From NCBI GenBank assembly GCA_016840405.1, contig JAEOSK010000004.1:32001-96000 (forward strand): a DNA stretch of 64,000 nt, written 5' to 3'. The position numbers were made by a program, and so were the translations under genes. Position 1 is the first letter of the stretch; the number at the start of each line of letters is the position of its first letter. Source of the DNA: Candidatus Hermodarchaeum yapensis. GTDB lineage: Archaea > Asgardarchaeota > Hermodarchaeia > Hermodarchaeales > Hermodarchaeaceae. The notes beneath the pieces were generated by a model. That model saw nothing but the letters and a program-made list of their open reading frames with translations. It did no database searches and was not told where the DNA came from. Below are positions 49,472-59,060 of the stretch, one piece after another.

Positions 49472-50803
49472 ATGTTGAATCTTGGAGAAACCATTAAGAC
49501 ACTCCCTTCAGAAGCGTGGCAAGCCTTGAAAAAGTACTTCGCGGGTTTGCGACTATTCTTCAATCGGGAAAATTGGTCTCACAGCATTGTCTTTTTGGGC
49601 ACAATGACATTTTTCCTTATATTCGCGATGTTTCAAAGACCGATACGGAATCTTGTAATTGAAGCAGGACTTAGTGGTGGGATCTTTATTGTCAATATCG
49701 TTACGGTTGTTTATCTCGCCGGCATAGGGGCTTTCATCGGGTTTCTTCTCCTAGGTTTCATTGGCGTGTTTGCTCAAGGGCGGAAAGTTCTCTATGAATC
49801 TAGGATTCGCCACTTCATGTCCCCACTCCTCATTGGTGGTTTTATCATCCTTTTCGTCTTCATCCTTCCACAACTACTCCGAAACAACGGTATCTTTTGG
49901 TTTCTCCTTCATGGTCAAGAGGGAAGTTTAGGCGTTTTTCAGATGATCTTCCTCGGATGTTGGGTGGTTTTCGTCTTCCTCCAAGTCATCCTCCTAGGAT
50001 ATACCGTCGTGAAATCAATCAAGTGGCTTTCAGGATACCTCCAAGTTCCTGAAACCAAAAGGAATATCAGAAAATACTGGGTGCCTCTCATCATTCTTGT
50101 TATTCTAATTCCAATCGCCATTTGGGGGTGGTTTCCAATCATGTATACTCTCATGATTATGCCTCGACCTCCTCCCGTGATTCCTGCGATTCCCATTCCA
50201 TCGTATGTGAGACTATTGTTAGAGCAAAGCCCGCTGGATTATCTTTCATATTTGCTCATGGTGTTCCCCATTGTTGCCATTGTGGCAGCAATTGTACTCT
50301 GGCGGCGCCTCCCACAAGTTTCTCTTGCCCTGGCTAGTTTCGGTATTTTCTATCCTGTTTTAGTGTATTACTATCGGTTCCGTGTTATCCAATATTTTCA
50401 CAATTGGTCAGACATCATTGCAGCTGTAACCTCACCCGTCCAAGGGTCAGTCTTTGTTGAGATGGCACTATTGATAATTACATTTGCTCTAGCGTTGTTA
50501 GGAGCTGCGAAACTGCAACGGGGTGTCTCACCGAATCCTTTTGGACTCTTCGCAGTAATGATTGGTGTGCTAGTGTTTGTGCTATCTTGGGTTCTCTTCG
50601 TAGATGTTCCCGTATTTGGGCTAGAATATTATGGAATGATTACGGCAGCTCTTTCTGCACTACTCGCCGTTTTCGTCTTTGTCATTCTCCCCATTGCTTA
50701 CAGCATTTACCGATGGAAACATTTTCCATCAACTACGGAGGAGAAATCTCCAACCTTCGAATTGTCAGAAGAGACTCTAATCGATGAAACAGGTGAATTG
50801 TAG
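49472..50803 (+). CDS. Polytopic membrane protein of unknown function
   Basis: About 10 TM; its stop overlaps the start of the HD gene. Confidence 0.7.
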   Translation: MLNLGETIKTLPSEAWQALKKYFAGLRLFFNRENWSHSIVFLGTMTFFLIFAMFQRPIRNLVIEAGLSGGIFIVNIVTVVYLAGIGAFIGFLLLGFIGVFAQGRKVLYESRIRHFMSPLLIGGFIILFVFILPQLLRNNGIFWFLLHGQEGSLGVFQMIFLGCWVVFVFLQVILLGYTVVKSIKWLSGYLQVPETKRNIRKYWVPLIILVILIPIAIWGWFPIMYTLMIMPRPPPVIPAIPIPSYVRLLLEQSPLDYLSYLLMVFPIVAIVAAIVLWRRLPQVSLALASFGIFYPVLVYYYRFRVIQYFHNWSDIIAAVTSPVQGSVFVEMALLIITFALALLGAAKLQRGVSPNPFGLFAVMIGVLVFVLSWVLFVDVPVFGLEYYGMITAALSALLAVFVFVILPIAYSIYRWKHFPSTTEEKSPTFELSEETLIDETGEL

Positions 50804-51444
50804 TGGATGCATCCTTAGTCCAGGCGATTGAAAAATTCGCTCGCAATGCTCTTCAAGTTGGGAAAGGGGGAGCCCATTCGTATGAACATACTCTTCGGGT
50901 GCGTCAACTCTGCATGCTAATAGGCAGAACTGAAAATGCTGATCTTGAAGTGTTAGAGGCTGCTGCCTTGCTTCATGATATTGGTCGTCCTGAAGAAGAG
51001 GTAACAGGAGAATCACATGCAATCGTTGGAGCGAATATGGCTGTCACCTTCCTTGCCACGACTTCATTTCCCCCGGAGAAACTTCCATTGGTTGCGAGTA
51101 CCATTCGGACGCACCGGTTTAGTGAAAACTTGACGCCTGATTCCTTAGAGGGAGAGATTCTAAGTGATGCTGATAAGCTCGATGCGATGGGAGCCTTAGG
51201 GTTAGCTCGGACCATTGCTGAAAGCTTGATGCAAAAACGTGGACTCCAGGGAACGATTGAGCACTTGGACCGAAAGCTACTGAAACTTCTCAGCAGGATG
51301 TATACTAATACTGGGAAACGATTGGCTGCACCACGTCATCAATTACTAGTTGAATTCATGGAACAGCTGGCCGCCGAATTCCAAGCAATTGGAGAACTCC
51401 TGCCACCCGAACTTCGTCCGTTTGATTCTAAAGAGAGTAAGTGA
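50803..51444 (+). CDS. HD-domain phosphohydrolase
   Basis: HSYEH..RV, ALLHDIG and DADKLDAMGA. Confidence 0.92.
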   Translation: MDASLVQAIEKFARNALQVGKGGAHSYEHTLRVRQLCMLIGRTENADLEVLEAAALLHDIGRPEEEVTGESHAIVGANMAVTFLATTSFPPEKLPLVASTIRTHRFSENLTPDSLEGEILSDADKLDAMGALGLARTIAESLMQKRGLQGTIEHLDRKLLKLLSRMYTNTGKRLAAPRHQLLVEFMEQLAAEFQAIGELLPPELRPFDSKESK

Positions 51445-51505
51445 TTTAACACTCCTCAATACAGAGGACTGTTCCTATTGATATCTGTAAATTGGTTGTG
51501 AGGAT

Positions 51506-52189
51506 ATGACTTCAAAATCAACAGAATCACAGGAAGCTTTCCCAGAAAGTTTCCTATTTTCATCAAGGTTAGGTGCCATCTGTGGCATCCTGGGACCGTT
51601 GATTGGCTTTGCCAGCATCGCCATTGCGATTGGTCTTTCTCCTACGTGGTTCAATTGGTGGATCAACGCCCTAAGCGATCTTGGTCATCCAGCAATGCTA
51701 GGTGGCCTTAATGGCACTCCTGGTCTCAATCCTGCTGCCCCATACTTTAACGGAGGACTCATCCTCACTGGAATCGTTACGATAATCTTTTGCACGCATT
51801 TGCTCATGTTCTTCTATTTGCGTAAGAACATCATTGGCATGATTGGAACCTTTCTCTTCATGATTTCCATGGCGTTTCTTGCTCTTGTGGGTGTCTATCA
51901 TGAAGCCCTCCTTTTTCCACATGCGATTGCCGCGTTAGGCTTCTTCTTTACTCTTTTCATCTGTTCGATTATCCTTGGAATTGCTTTCGTCCGAAATCCA
52001 TCCACTCGAATCGAAGGAATCATCGCTTTGATCATGGGAGTGATTATTACGATTACCCTCTTTGTAGGATTCAGTAACCTGGTCCCGTGGACTGGGGCTG
52101 CAATCCCGGAAATGATTATGGCCATTGCAGGATTCATCTGGATCATTCCAGTGTGCATTAGGATGTACCGGTATGGATATGAAATGTGA
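51506..52189 (+). CDS. DUF998 family membrane protein, paralog 1
   Basis: WFNWWINALSDLG, FNGGLI, VGVYHE and AIPE. Confidence 0.8.
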   Translation: MTSKSTESQEAFPESFLFSSRLGAICGILGPLIGFASIAIAIGLSPTWFNWWINALSDLGHPAMLGGLNGTPGLNPAAPYFNGGLILTGIVTIIFCTHLLMFFYLRKNIIGMIGTFLFMISMAFLALVGVYHEALLFPHAIAALGFFFTLFICSIILGIAFVRNPSTRIEGIIALIMGVIITITLFVGFSNLVPWTGAAIPEMIMAIAGFIWIIPVCIRMYRYGYEM

Positions 52190-52207
52190 AGAGATTCTGG
52201 AATACGG

Positions 52208-52945
52208 TTGAGGCACAAGTCTTATTTGTCTCATAATGGCTTAGGTGGGTTTCCAGAGGAGTTGACTCTTGTGTCAAATGACGAGGAGGCTCAAAAAATC
52301 CATCCTGCCCGAGAATTCATTTTTTCGTCTCGGTTTGCAGGATTATGTGGAATTATTGGTCCGTTGATTGCCATCTCAGGTATTGCCCTCGCAATTTTAG
52401 TCTCACCCTGGTTTAACTGGTTTACAAACGCGTTAAGCGATCTTGGTCATCCATGGATGCTTGGCGGCTCAAATGGTACGCCCGGATACAATCATGCAGC
52501 GCCCATTTTCAATTCTGCTCTCTCCTTAACTGGGCTCGTTACCCTCGTGTTGACAATTTGGCTTATCAGGTATGAATACTTTGAACTTTCGACCTTTGGA
52601 GTGATTGCCGCGGTTCTGCTGACGGTTTCCCAATTCTTCCTCATCGGAATCGGGATTTTCCATGAGGGCTATGGTGAACTTCATTTCATTGTATCGTTGG
52701 GTTTCTTCGTACATCTGATAATTGCTGGAATGCTGTTTGGAATACGGTTAATACTCGAAAAGAAAATGCGAATCTTTGGAATATCAGCATTCATCCTTGC
52801 CTTCATCAGCATGATAATGTGGGTTTTGTACTATCTTGATTTGACAGTGTTTACTGGTGTAGCTATTCCTGAAATCATTTCAGCCATCGCGGCCATGATT
52901 TGGGTCTATCCACTCTGTATCCGAATCATCCTTCAGAAAAACTAG
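52208..52945 (+). CDS. DUF998 family membrane protein, paralog 2
   Basis: WFNWFTNALSDLG and AIPE; tandem paralog. The start is probably near 52271. Confidence 0.8.
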   Translation: MRHKSYLSHNGLGGFPEELTLVSNDEEAQKIHPAREFIFSSRFAGLCGIIGPLIAISGIALAILVSPWFNWFTNALSDLGHPWMLGGSNGTPGYNHAAPIFNSALSLTGLVTLVLTIWLIRYEYFELSTFGVIAAVLLTVSQFFLIGIGIFHEGYGELHFIVSLGFFVHLIIAGMLFGIRLILEKKMRIFGISAFILAFISMIMWVLYYLDLTVFTGVAIPEIISAIAAMIWVYPLCIRIILQKN

Positions 52946-52964
52946 CTCAACTACCTAGCGCCCT

Positions 52965-54428
52965 TCAAACATGCTTGAGAAGTTCCTGGAGATTCTCCAT
53001 TACCAGGGTTTGGAACTTTGAATACCCTTGGTTGTAGACCTCAGCATTCTCAGGATTCGGAGAATGAACTTCAGTCTGATGAACCATAGCGTCCACAGCC
53101 TTCTCAACCGTCGGATACTGATTCATACCCACTGCAGCTAAAATTGCCGCACCCAAAGCGGTCCCCTCATCCACACCTGTTTTTATGCAGGATCGGCTAG
53201 TGATGTCACATTGAATTTGTCTCCACAAGGCTGATCGGGAGCCCCCGCCATCCAGACGCAACTCCTCAACAGTAACACCTGCAGAAAACATCACATCAAT
53301 GAGAAATCGAGGAATGTACCCCCCAGCTTCGAGAATCATTCGAGCAACATCTGCACGTGAGTGATGAAATCCCAACCCTTTGATAAGTCCCATTCCAAAA
53401 CTGAAGAATGGAAAAAGAACCAAACCTTTACTTCCCGGAGGTGATTGGGCGGCCTGTTCCACGATATAATCATACGGATCACGGCCCAACCGTTCAGCCA
53501 CTGCTGACTCGATATGCCCAAAATTATCCCTAAACCAGCGAAGAATAGTCCCAGTCCCGGGAACGACTCCTTCAATAACCCATTGATTCGGCAAAACGTG
53601 GGGAACGGAAAACGTGATTCCCATAGGATCCTTAGTTTCTTTCTCTACAGGTGTGACAACAAAGGTTCCAGTTCCTGTGGTTACTTTTGCAACCCCTTGC
53701 TTCAGGACACCTAATCCCACTGCCGAACATTGTTGATCTCCGCCACCAGTCACAACTGGTGTTCCTGCAGCTAACCCGGTTTGTTTGGCGGCTTCTGTTG
53801 TTAGCTCACCTATGATATTACCGGAGGGTACTATTTCGGGCCACATCAGTACTGGCAAATCAAGTTGTTCAGCGATTGTATCCGATAACTTGTAAGTTTC
53901 AGTATCAAGGAGTCCATAGGAATGATTTGTATAATCAGAGGCTAGCTCTCCAGTGAGTCGGTGATAGATGAATGCATCCGGTGTAGCAAACTTCTCGGTT
54001 TTTTTGAACACCTTTGGCTGCATGTCCTTAAACCACAAGGCACGACGCAAACTTGTACGCTGTTTAACAATCGCCTCATGCGCTTCAGCAGAAGGTGAGG
54101 TACGGAAATCCATCCACGTAATTGCATTAGCTAAAGGGTTCCCATCCTTATCCAAGGGCACAAGGGTCACACGTTGAGTAACCACCGAGATGGCAAACAC
54201 ATCAGCCGGATTAATATTCCCTTTTTGTAAGACCTCTTGCATGGTTTCTTGAGTGGTCCGCCACCAATCCTCAACATTCTGTTCTGCTTGTTTCTCAACC
54301 TCAGCGATGGTCGGAAATTCTCGGTATGCTTTCACAATTTCAGACCCTTTCAAATCGAAGAGCACAGAGCGATTTCCGGTTGACCCTAAATCAATGACAG
54401 CGATGAATTGTCCTTTTACCATACTCAA
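52965..54428 (-). CDS. FGGY-family carbohydrate kinase (xylulokinase-like)
   Basis: IDLGSTG, EQNVEDWW, GGGDQ, TGTG, DGGGSRS and ALGAAILA. Confidence 0.92.
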   Translation of the reverse strand: MSMVKGQFIAVIDLGSTGNRSVLFDLKGSEIVKAYREFPTIAEVEKQAEQNVEDWWRTTQETMQEVLQKGNINPADVFAISVVTQRVTLVPLDKDGNPLANAITWMDFRTSPSAEAHEAIVKQRTSLRRALWFKDMQPKVFKKTEKFATPDAFIYHRLTGELASDYTNHSYGLLDTETYKLSDTIAEQLDLPVLMWPEIVPSGNIIGELTTEAAKQTGLAAGTPVVTGGGDQQCSAVGLGVLKQGVAKVTTGTGTFVVTPVEKETKDPMGITFSVPHVLPNQWVIEGVVPGTGTILRWFRDNFGHIESAVAERLGRDPYDYIVEQAAQSPPGSKGLVLFPFFSFGMGLIKGLGFHHSRADVARMILEAGGYIPRFLIDVMFSAGVTVEELRLDGGGSRSALWRQIQCDITSRSCIKTGVDEGTALGAAILAAVGMNQYPTVEKAVDAMVHQTEVHSPNPENAEVYNQGYSKFQTLVMENLQELLKHV

Positions 54429-54533
54429 ACCTCCGAGAATCCGTATTCTAGCCTGTGTTTGACTAGATGTCCCTCAAAAGGCTTTACCAAATGGTTTCAG
54501 AGTCAATATTGCCAGGTAAGCAAAATGGTGAAT

Positions 54534-54908
54534 CTAACCTTTGACAATTAATCGATCTAAGGCACCTGAGGCGGTCAGCTTATCAATAGCTGTCTGGTAT
54601 TGATCTTCGTCGTTAATCATCGTGTTACATGCCTCTTCCCGCATATGTGTTCCAGACTTCACCGTAACAGTAACCTTCTTGTCAGGAAATTCATCCTCTA
54701 ACGCCTTCCGAATAATTATCCCAATAACAGCGCCCATTGGACACATGGGACTGGTTGGAGCAAATTCAACGCGAATGGTCTCATCGGTGATTGTTACATC
54801 TTCATTTTTCACCAAACCCATCTCAACAACATTAACCGGATGTTCAGGATCAAGCACCCGACGAAGAACCACTAGAACCTCTTCAGTTTTCATATGCTTC
54901 AGCTTCAA
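54534..54908 (-). CDS. DUF59/SufT-MIP18 (CIA2-like) Fe-S assembly protein
   Basis: VLDPEHPVNVVEMGLV, PTSPMCPMG and GTH..E...N..IND. Confidence 0.85.
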   Translation of the reverse strand: MKLKHMKTEEVLVVLRRVLDPEHPVNVVEMGLVKNEDVTITDETIRVEFAPTSPMCPMGAVIGIIIRKALEDEFPDKKVTVTVKSGTHMREEACNTMINDEDQYQTAIDKLTASGALDRLIVKG

Positions 54909-55010
54909 TTTAGTTCGTTGTTTTGTTGATAGCGGTGTTCCCTTTAAACACTAAGGTTACTAAATTCATAGACTACAAAGAGGGCTCGATTTAATCCTTA
55001 GTTGTACATC

Positions 55011-56540
55011 TCATCTTTTTCGTTGAAGAAGCCTTAGTTTGGGATTCATTACGGTATTGATTCCATGACCAAAAAACACCCAACCAAGAGCAAATAGAGT
55101 AAGGCACAATCCAGCTGGCACAAACAACCACCACTCACCACCACTAATTGCACCATTATAATAAGCAGCACCAAGCATACGGCCCCAAGAGACATAGTTG
55201 ATTGGCAAGAATAGGGGTGAATCTACTGTGCCTCGCCACTCGTCGAAATTGTGCAGATAGTCAAAGAACCCCAAGTTCGCTTCAATAACAACAGCTGTGG
55301 CTGCAGTAAGGGCGAATTGCACAAAGAAAATTGTCATAACACTGGGAACTAAAGTACGAAATATTATATAGAATGAAGAGGCCCCTGATGCCCGGGCAGA
55401 CTCCACATAGAGCTTCTCCTTTTCCACCAAAACTTGGGAACGAACCATACGAGCAGTACGAGGCCACCAAAGGATTGAGAGAATAAGAATAAGAAATGAA
55501 TAACTTGCGCCTTGAAGGAGGACCATCAGTACCATCAGAACGGGTATAACGGGAATAATTAGGAAAAATGTTGAAATCCCCATTAGTAACTCATCAAGAA
55601 AGCCTCCGACATATCCTGCTGTAACACCAACAGCAAGCCCTATCACTGATGTTAATACAGCCGTACAGACGGCAATGAAAATCGTCACATGTGTGCTCCA
55701 AAAAATCTGTGCAAGAACATCGTTCCCATATTGTGTCGTTCCTAACAGCCCATAGGCTTTTCTTTCCCCCAGAATTTCCATTTTGTCAAACCAGACTTCA
55801 ATCATCCCTGTACAGTTGGGATCGGATTCCACGAGCTTCACACCAAACTCCATTTTTATTTCTGCCCCGGGTTTAAAAATGAAAAAACTTAGAAATTCAG
55901 GGATATACCCTTCATAGATTTCCCAATAATCGGCATAGGTAAGAAACGTGAAATGGTGGAAACGGGAGTCAACATTGATGTGTTCCGGAACGTCAATTCG
56001 GACATAAGGCAAAAAAGAGTATTTCGTGAAATTCCCCGAAAAAAGGGATTTCATTGCTAAATTAATTCGGATATTCGCGGGAGCCCGATAAGAAAAAGGA
56101 AACGCCATTTTAGCGCTGACATTCTCGTGAAAAGCCATGCTATCATCAGAATCGATAAATCCCAGACGAACCGATTGATTCCCAAAATAAACTTCATTTT
56201 CATCATAAGAGAAAAAGCCTACATCTGGGTTAGATGTGTTAAATTCTAAATTGGTATCACCATAAAAGTAAGGGTCAGGAACATAGTTACCAGTTGGGGC
56301 CCATAGCGGATCGAAAAATGCCTGCCAAGCTGGTGGAGATGCATTCGGTCCCACCCCATACACAAAACGCAGACCAGGATAAACTGGAAACAAAATTGGA
56401 GCCAACAAAGCCATCGCAAAAAAACCACTCAGTATAATTAATCCAATTACACCAAACTTCACTCTTCGAAAATCCTTCAGAAACTGGATTAAACGCTCTT
56501 TCCGAGTTTTTCGATATCTAAGCTTTTGCCGGCTCATCAA
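55011..56540 (-). CDS. Peptide/nickel ABC permease (DppC/OppC-like) with large extracytoplasmic insertion
   Basis: LLGTTQYGNDVLAQ, WPRTARMVRSQVL, EAA-loop YVESARASGAS and SWGRML. Confidence 0.88.
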   Translation of the reverse strand: MMSRQKLRYRKTRKERLIQFLKDFRRVKFGVIGLIILSGFFAMALLAPILFPVYPGLRFVYGVGPNASPPAWQAFFDPLWAPTGNYVPDPYFYGDTNLEFNTSNPDVGFFSYDENEVYFGNQSVRLGFIDSDDSMAFHENVSAKMAFPFSYRAPANIRINLAMKSLFSGNFTKYSFLPYVRIDVPEHINVDSRFHHFTFLTYADYWEIYEGYIPEFLSFFIFKPGAEIKMEFGVKLVESDPNCTGMIEVWFDKMEILGERKAYGLLGTTQYGNDVLAQIFWSTHVTIFIAVCTAVLTSVIGLAVGVTAGYVGGFLDELLMGISTFFLIIPVIPVLMVLMVLLQGASYSFLILILSILWWPRTARMVRSQVLVEKEKLYVESARASGASSFYIIFRTLVPSVMTIFFVQFALTAATAVVIEANLGFFDYLHNFDEWRGTVDSPLFLPINYVSWGRMLGAAYYNGAISGGEWWLFVPAGLCLTLFALGWVFFGHGINTVMNPKLRLLQRKR

Positions 56541-56774
56541 ACAATACCCTCAATTATACTGACGGCCCTTAACAAAGAATCAATTTAGAGAACTATTTCC
56601 ATTAAGTAAAAAGCATTTGCATTACAACACCAAATTAATTGATGCATATTCTCAAGAAGAACTGGATTTCTTTCATACAAACTTATGAATTTTGGCTTTT
56701 GGGAGCAAACCTTATCTAGGTTCGTCTGCTCAGACTAGAGTATTCAGGATTCTTCCCAATTTAAGGTGTGTTCA

Positions 56775-58283
56775 ATGGCACAAAATGCAGCAGATAAAGC
56801 CGCAAAATCTGAGGAATTGAAACGTCAAATCGAAGCGCTAACCACGGATCTCGTCGATGCCATTGACGTGTTAACCCGTGATTTACAGCGTAGCCTCCTC
56901 ATGTTAGCTGACCGGGTTGAGCAGCGTATGGAAGCCATTGGCTTCGGACGTCTTTCCGGACCGGTTGTGAACGATATTCAGGAGGGTGTAACAGCAGAGT
57001 CGAAGCGGTTTAGTGAGCAGGCCCGTGCTAAGATTCAAGAGATTACCCGGGCGAAGGCAGGGCTTGCTGGGGCAGCAGATGAACTCAGTGCTTTAGCATC
57101 GATGACGGAAGCAGAGCGAGAAGAACTGCGGAAGCGGCTGCAGGATGAGATTGCGGCATCACAGAAGACGCGTGAGGAACTGGAGAAAGAATTGGCAGAT
57201 GCGAAGGTGCGAGTTGCGGATTTGGAGAAGCGTTTGCAGTCGCAATCAACGCGTGATGCACGTCGTGTTGATAAGTTAAAGGAAACGAATAAGCAGCTAT
57301 CAGAATCGTTGAAGCAGGCTGAATCTGAGCTTATCAAAGTGCGGGAAGAGAGTCAGAAAGCATTGAGTGAACGTGATACTGCGGTGAGCCAAGTCAATGA
57401 GTTGAATGCAAAATTGGCATCAGCAACAGCAGCAGCCGAAACAGCATCGGCAACAGCAGCATCTTCGAAGAAGGAACTTGAAGCCCAAGTGAAGACATTA
57501 ACGGAGCAGTTAGAGCAAGCACAGCTAGCAGAGGCAGCTGCGAAGAAAGAGCTAGCAGAAAAAGTAACCACGGTTGAGGAGAAACTTCAGACATCAGAAC
57601 AGGAAGTTGTAGAGCTTCGACAATCGGTACAGAAGCTAGAAGAGGTCAAGACGCAAGCAGCACAGGATTCAGCATCCCTTGCGGAACTCCAACAGGAATT
57701 ATCTACTTCAAAAAGCCACCTTGAAACAGTGAATAAGCAGGTAGCCGATCTTGAAGCACAAGTTCAAACACTAACGACATTGAAGGAATCACAGGAGCAG
57801 AAGATAGCAGCTTTAGAAGAAGAGCAACTGGGTTTGAAGGAGCTTACCAAGGATCGTGAAGCGATTAGCAAGGATAAAGAAGATCTTGAAAGGCGGTTAG
57901 AGGAAGCCCTTGCTGAAATCGAGAAGATGAAAGAGGAGTATGCCCGGTTTGCTGAAATCCGGGATCGCCTGGAAATGTTGGAAACACGGGTTAGCATTCA
58001 GGATATTCTCTTACAGAAGAACCAGCAGTATCTTGTCTTGACAGCATTTGCCACCAAGATTGTGGAAGGCAAGTCTCGTGTGGGAGCCAAGGAGATTGGG
58101 TTTGCAGCCGCTTTGGGTATCTCGCTTGCAGCGTGGTTGGATACTCACTTTTTGGATCTACAAGAAGAAGGTGTAGTGTCCATTCATCGCACCGCTGGTC
58201 GTGGATTACCATCCGCAGATATCGAAGTGAGTAAGAAGGGTCAACAGCTTTTTGAAGAAGCAAAGCAGAAAGCTGCACTCTAG
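56775..58283 (+). CDS. Long coiled-coil protein with C-terminal winged-helix-like domain
   Basis: About 400 aa of heptad-rich E/K/L/A/Q sequence followed by a compact domain (LQEEGVVSI...VSKKG). Confidence 0.8.
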   Translation: MAQNAADKAAKSEELKRQIEALTTDLVDAIDVLTRDLQRSLLMLADRVEQRMEAIGFGRLSGPVVNDIQEGVTAESKRFSEQARAKIQEITRAKAGLAGAADELSALASMTEAEREELRKRLQDEIAASQKTREELEKELADAKVRVADLEKRLQSQSTRDARRVDKLKETNKQLSESLKQAESELIKVREESQKALSERDTAVSQVNELNAKLASATAAAETASATAASSKKELEAQVKTLTEQLEQAQLAEAAAKKELAEKVTTVEEKLQTSEQEVVELRQSVQKLEEVKTQAAQDSASLAELQQELSTSKSHLETVNKQVADLEAQVQTLTTLKESQEQKIAALEEEQLGLKELTKDREAISKDKEDLERRLEEALAEIEKMKEEYARFAEIRDRLEMLETRVSIQDILLQKNQQYLVLTAFATKIVEGKSRVGAKEIGFAAALGISLAAWLDTHFLDLQEEGVVSIHRTAGRGLPSADIEVSKKGQQLFEEAKQKAAL

Positions 58284-58304
58284 CATTTGCTTGGAGAGCC
58301 CTTC

Positions 58305-59048
58305 ATGTCAAGGATATCTGAACGGTATCAACGGTTTGTTGTGCTACGTGATGTTGGCAAAGAAGGATTGCAACGAATCCGAAAATCCAAAGTCGCTGTA
58401 ATCGGGATTGGTGGATTAGGCAGCATTTCCGCAACAAAACTGGTCACACTAGGTGTTGACCACTTGCGTATTGTTGATCCCGATGTTGTGGATGCGACAA
58501 ACCTTCAACGTCAATTTTTGTATCGTGAAAAAGATATTGGCCAGCCAAAGGTTCATCTGGCCGCTCGAAGATTACAACCCCTGAATCCCGAGGTTACGAT
58601 TGACTCTATTGAGGTCCAATTGACCAAAGATACAGTCGATGACCTCGTCAAAGACATGGATGTAATAATTGATGGACTGGATCGTTTTGCCCCACGTTAT
58701 ATTCTGAATGATGCCTGTTGCCGATACAACGTCCCTTACATTTTTGCCGGTGCACTTGGAGCCACAGGGAATTTAACAACGATTCTTCCCGGAAGAACCG
58801 CATGCCTAGAATGTATCTATGGTGGAGTTGACGACGCGCAACAACCTACTTGTCACTCGATTGGTGTTTATCCAACACTCTTAGGTGTGGTGGCGAATAT
58901 TCAGGTGCATGAAGCGCTCCGGATAGTTTTGGGTCATTCGCCCCGACTTGCAGGCCATCTCTTATTTGTCGATCTGAACAGTTTGCGGTTTGATCAGTTT
59001 CCAATTGCTCGCCATGAGGATTGTGTGGCATGCAAAAATTGTAAGTAG
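58305..59048 (+). CDS. ThiF/MoeB/UbaA E1-like adenylyltransferase
   Basis: RYQR, GIGGLG, DVVDATNLQRQ, Zn ligands CLEC and CVAC, and the catalytic Cys in PTCHSIGV. Confidence 0.92.
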   Translation: MSRISERYQRFVVLRDVGKEGLQRIRKSKVAVIGIGGLGSISATKLVTLGVDHLRIVDPDVVDATNLQRQFLYREKDIGQPKVHLAARRLQPLNPEVTIDSIEVQLTKDTVDDLVKDMDVIIDGLDRFAPRYILNDACCRYNVPYIFAGALGATGNLTTILPGRTACLECIYGGVDDAQQPTCHSIGVYPTLLGVVANIQVHEALRIVLGHSPRLAGHLLFVDLNSLRFDQFPIARHEDCVACKNCK

Positions 59049-59060
59049 TCTAGGTGACTG

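Noticed and set aside
56775-58283. Coiled-coil protein as SMC/Rad50
   Set aside because: No Walker A/B, signature motif, hinge or zinc hook.
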